Assembly (NCBI GenBank): GCA_030603885.1
Contig: JAUVWW010000004.1
Location: 70,464 to 102,463 of the forward strand
DNA: 32,000 nt
Reading direction: 5' to 3'
From: a bacterium
GTDB taxonomy: Bacteria; Patescibacteriota; JABMPQ01; JAUVWW01
Numbering within the stretch: position 1 is the stretch's first letter; every line of letters starts with the position of its first letter. Below are positions 30,439-32,000 of this stretch, piece after piece. The position numbers and the translations under genes are program-made. The notes under the pieces are model-generated. The model was not told where the DNA came from. It did not search any database and worked only from the letters and a program-made list of their open reading frames with translations.

Positions 30439-32000
30439 ATGAGAAAAACATTTAGAAAAATTTCTCTAATTATATTAATAATTGCTTTTGCTTTTTGTTT
30501 TTATCCCAAAGATCGAATTTCTAAGGCTGATAGTTCAGTAAACTGGAAATATAAAGGTGGGGTAATTACCACCTATTGGGATACAATGTATTATGACCAG
30601 GAAGCCAGGGATTTGGTTGATTATATGAAAAATATTGGGGTAAATACTGTAGCTTTTGGAGTAACCTGGTATCAAGATTCTTTGACTTCAAACTCAATTC
30701 ATCGACACGCTATAACAGGCCATGTAAAAACTCCAACCGATGGAAGCCTAACTTCTATTATAGACTATGCTCATTCAAAAGGATTAAAAGTAATGCTGAT
30801 TCCTTATTTGGATGTTGTGACCAAGACAAAAGAAGAGCCATGGAGGGGGAATATTAATCCTCAAGATAAGCAAAAATGGTTTGAAAATTATAAAAATTTT
30901 ATATCACATTATGCCTCTCTAGCTAGATCACGTAATATAGAAATATTTTGTATTGGAGCCGAATTAAGGCTGATGACCGTGGACAATAGCAACCTTTCTC
31001 TTTGGCAGGATATTCAGACTGCAATCAAAAGCCAATATTCTGGTCTGATTACTTATGCTGCTTCTTGGGGAGAAGGAGCGAATACTGAATATTTCAATAT
31101 CCCAAAGAAATTTTGGCAGAAACTAGACTTTTTGGGTCTTAATATTTATCCCACTATATCTAGGAACCGGATTCCGAGTATATCAGAGCTAAAGTTAGCT
31201 TGGCAACCAATACTGAGAGATATCCAAGGATGGCAGAGGAGTATTGGAAAATCTGTTATGTTTACAGAGATTGGTTTTAGAAGTACTGAATACACAGCTC
31301 TACATCCAGGTTATTGGAATAAAACTTACAACAGCCTAGGACAATTTAATTGTTATAAAGCTACTTTTGAAGTATTAGAAAATAAAAATTGGCTTTTTGG
31401 GGTTCTTTGGTTCGAGTTTACTTTTGACTACCATGTATATGGCAGAGGAAAAGGTGTGGGAGACGTAGGGTTTAATCCACAAGGAAAGTCAGCCGAAAAT
31501 GTATTAAAATGGGAATATGGAAAAATGAGAAACGAAATCATAACTGCAGCCGGCCCCACAGGAGGACCGCATGTAAGATATTTTAATACCAAGGGAAATC
31601 CTACCCCAACTAATTTCTTTTCCTATCATCCGAATTTTTCTGGGGGCGTCCGAATTGCCACCGGAGACATAGACGGCGATGGAGTTGATGAGATCGTTAC
31701 TGGAGCCGGTCCAGGAGGTTCAGCCCATGTTCGAGTTTTTGAAAAGAACGGAGCTTGGACTGGATTAGACTTTTGGCCTTTTGGTCCAGATTTCCTTGGT
31801 GGAGTAGACGTAGCTTGCGGAGACGTGGACGGAGATGGAATTGATGAAATAGCCATGTCTCAGTTTTCTCAAGGCCAAGCCTGGATAAAGGTATATAAAT
31901 TCAATACTCAACGGACTATCCTTGGAGAATGGAATGCCTATGGAAACTTTGAAGGAGGAGCTCAAGTTGCCTTAGGAGATGTAGATGGAGACGGAAAAGC
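30439..32000 (+). CDS. Secreted clan GH-A (TIM-barrel, GH113/GH5-like) glycoside hydrolase fused to FG-GAP/VCBS repeats; 3' end outside window
   Basis: Absent from the ORF track, and I translated it by hand. MRKTFRKISLIILIIAFAFCF is the signal or anchor. FCIGAELR and MFTEIGFRS are candidate acid/base and nucleophile Glu motifs. Repeats GDIDGDGVDEIVTGAGPGGSAHVRVF, GDVDGDGIDEIA and GDVDGDGK follow. No stop occurs before nt 32000. Confidence 0.75.
   Translation, partial: MRKTFRKISLIILIIAFAFCFYPKDRISKADSSVNWKYKGGVITTYWDTMYYDQEARDLVDYMKNIGVNTVAFGVTWYQDSLTSNSIHRHAITGHVKTPTDGSLTSIIDYAHSKGLKVMLIPYLDVVTKTKEEPWRGNINPQDKQKWFENYKNFISHYASLARSRNIEIFCIGAELRLMTVDNSNLSLWQDIQTAIKSQYSGLITYAASWGEGANTEYFNIPKKFWQKLDFLGLNIYPTISRNRIPSISELKLAWQPILRDIQGWQRSIGKSVMFTEIGFRSTEYTALHPGYWNKTYNSLGQFNCYKATFEVLENKNWLFGVLWFEFTFDYHVYGRGKGVGDVGFNPQGKSAENVLKWEYGKMRNEIITAAGPTGGPHVRYFNTKGNPTPTNFFSYHPNFSGGVRIATGDIDGDGVDEIVTGAGPGGSAHVRVFEKNGAWTGLDFWPFGPDFLGGVDVACGDVDGDGIDEIAMSQFSQGQAWIKVYKFNTQRTILGEWNAYGNFEGGAQVALGDVDGDGK

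Noticed and set aside
31626-31965. Minus-strand ORFs 31626..31856 and 31765..31965
   Set aside because: They are antisense to the FG-GAP repeat region of the long plus-strand ORF, and their Pro/Ser-rich products are shadows of GGN/GAY-rich repeats.
1-32000. Alternative genetic code (UGA as sense, as in some CPR lineages)
   Set aside because: TGA ends several well-delimited genes at the expected lengths, for example 2755..2958, 22443..23828 and 24727..25614. Conserved genes are intact under the standard code.

Overview
AT-rich, tightly packed bacterial chromosome segment, coded almost entirely on the plus strand. Hand counts of single 60-nt lines give about 23-38% GC in ordinary genes. The gene set suggests a Patescibacteria/CPR-like genome, which is an inference: DUF4012, DUF5679, a PH-domain membrane protein, archease plus RtcB, an FG-GAP surface protein, and three tRNAs that all encode their CCA. 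Housekeeping genes include murJ, lepA, a 3-methyladenine glycosylase, an FtsB-like protein, a Nudix hydrolase, an HtrA-like protein, and tRNA-Thr(CGU), tRNA-Gly(CCC) and tRNA-Gln(UUG). Three regions stand out. (1) 3.05-6.42 kb is the only minus-strand protein block. It holds three ORFs (APH-like kinase, HAD hydrolase, AadA-like nucleotidyltransferase), each followed by a 79-94 bp imperfect palindrome with attC-like R/L-box architecture. A divergently oriented 53-codon stump of a tyrosine recombinase lies next to it. I read this as an integron-like cassette array with a decayed integrase. (2) 10.84-17.22 kb looks like one operon: an eRF1/Pelota-like (baeRF-type) factor, two PRTase paralogues, DUF72, NnrD, archease, RtcB, an Ogt-like protein and tRNA-Gln. 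It may be a ribosome-rescue plus RNA-repair module analogous to PrfH-RtcB. (3) 19.5-32 kb is a surface-glycan locus (Wzz-like, O-antigen-ligase-like, GT2, methyltransferase, GT4, UDP-xylose synthase). It is bracketed by two GC-elevated islands (45-52% GC in sampled lines) that encode secreted, lipoprotein or membrane-anchored proteins of unknown function. One of these has an outer-membrane-beta-barrel-like pattern. The island genes share near-identical promoter, RBS and start modules. A long clan GH-A hydrolase plus FG-GAP ORF (30439 to the window end) is missing from the supplied ORF track because it runs off the edge. No CRISPR array, rRNA, reverse transcriptase or transposase was seen. All family assignments come from motif recognition by eye, not from searches.
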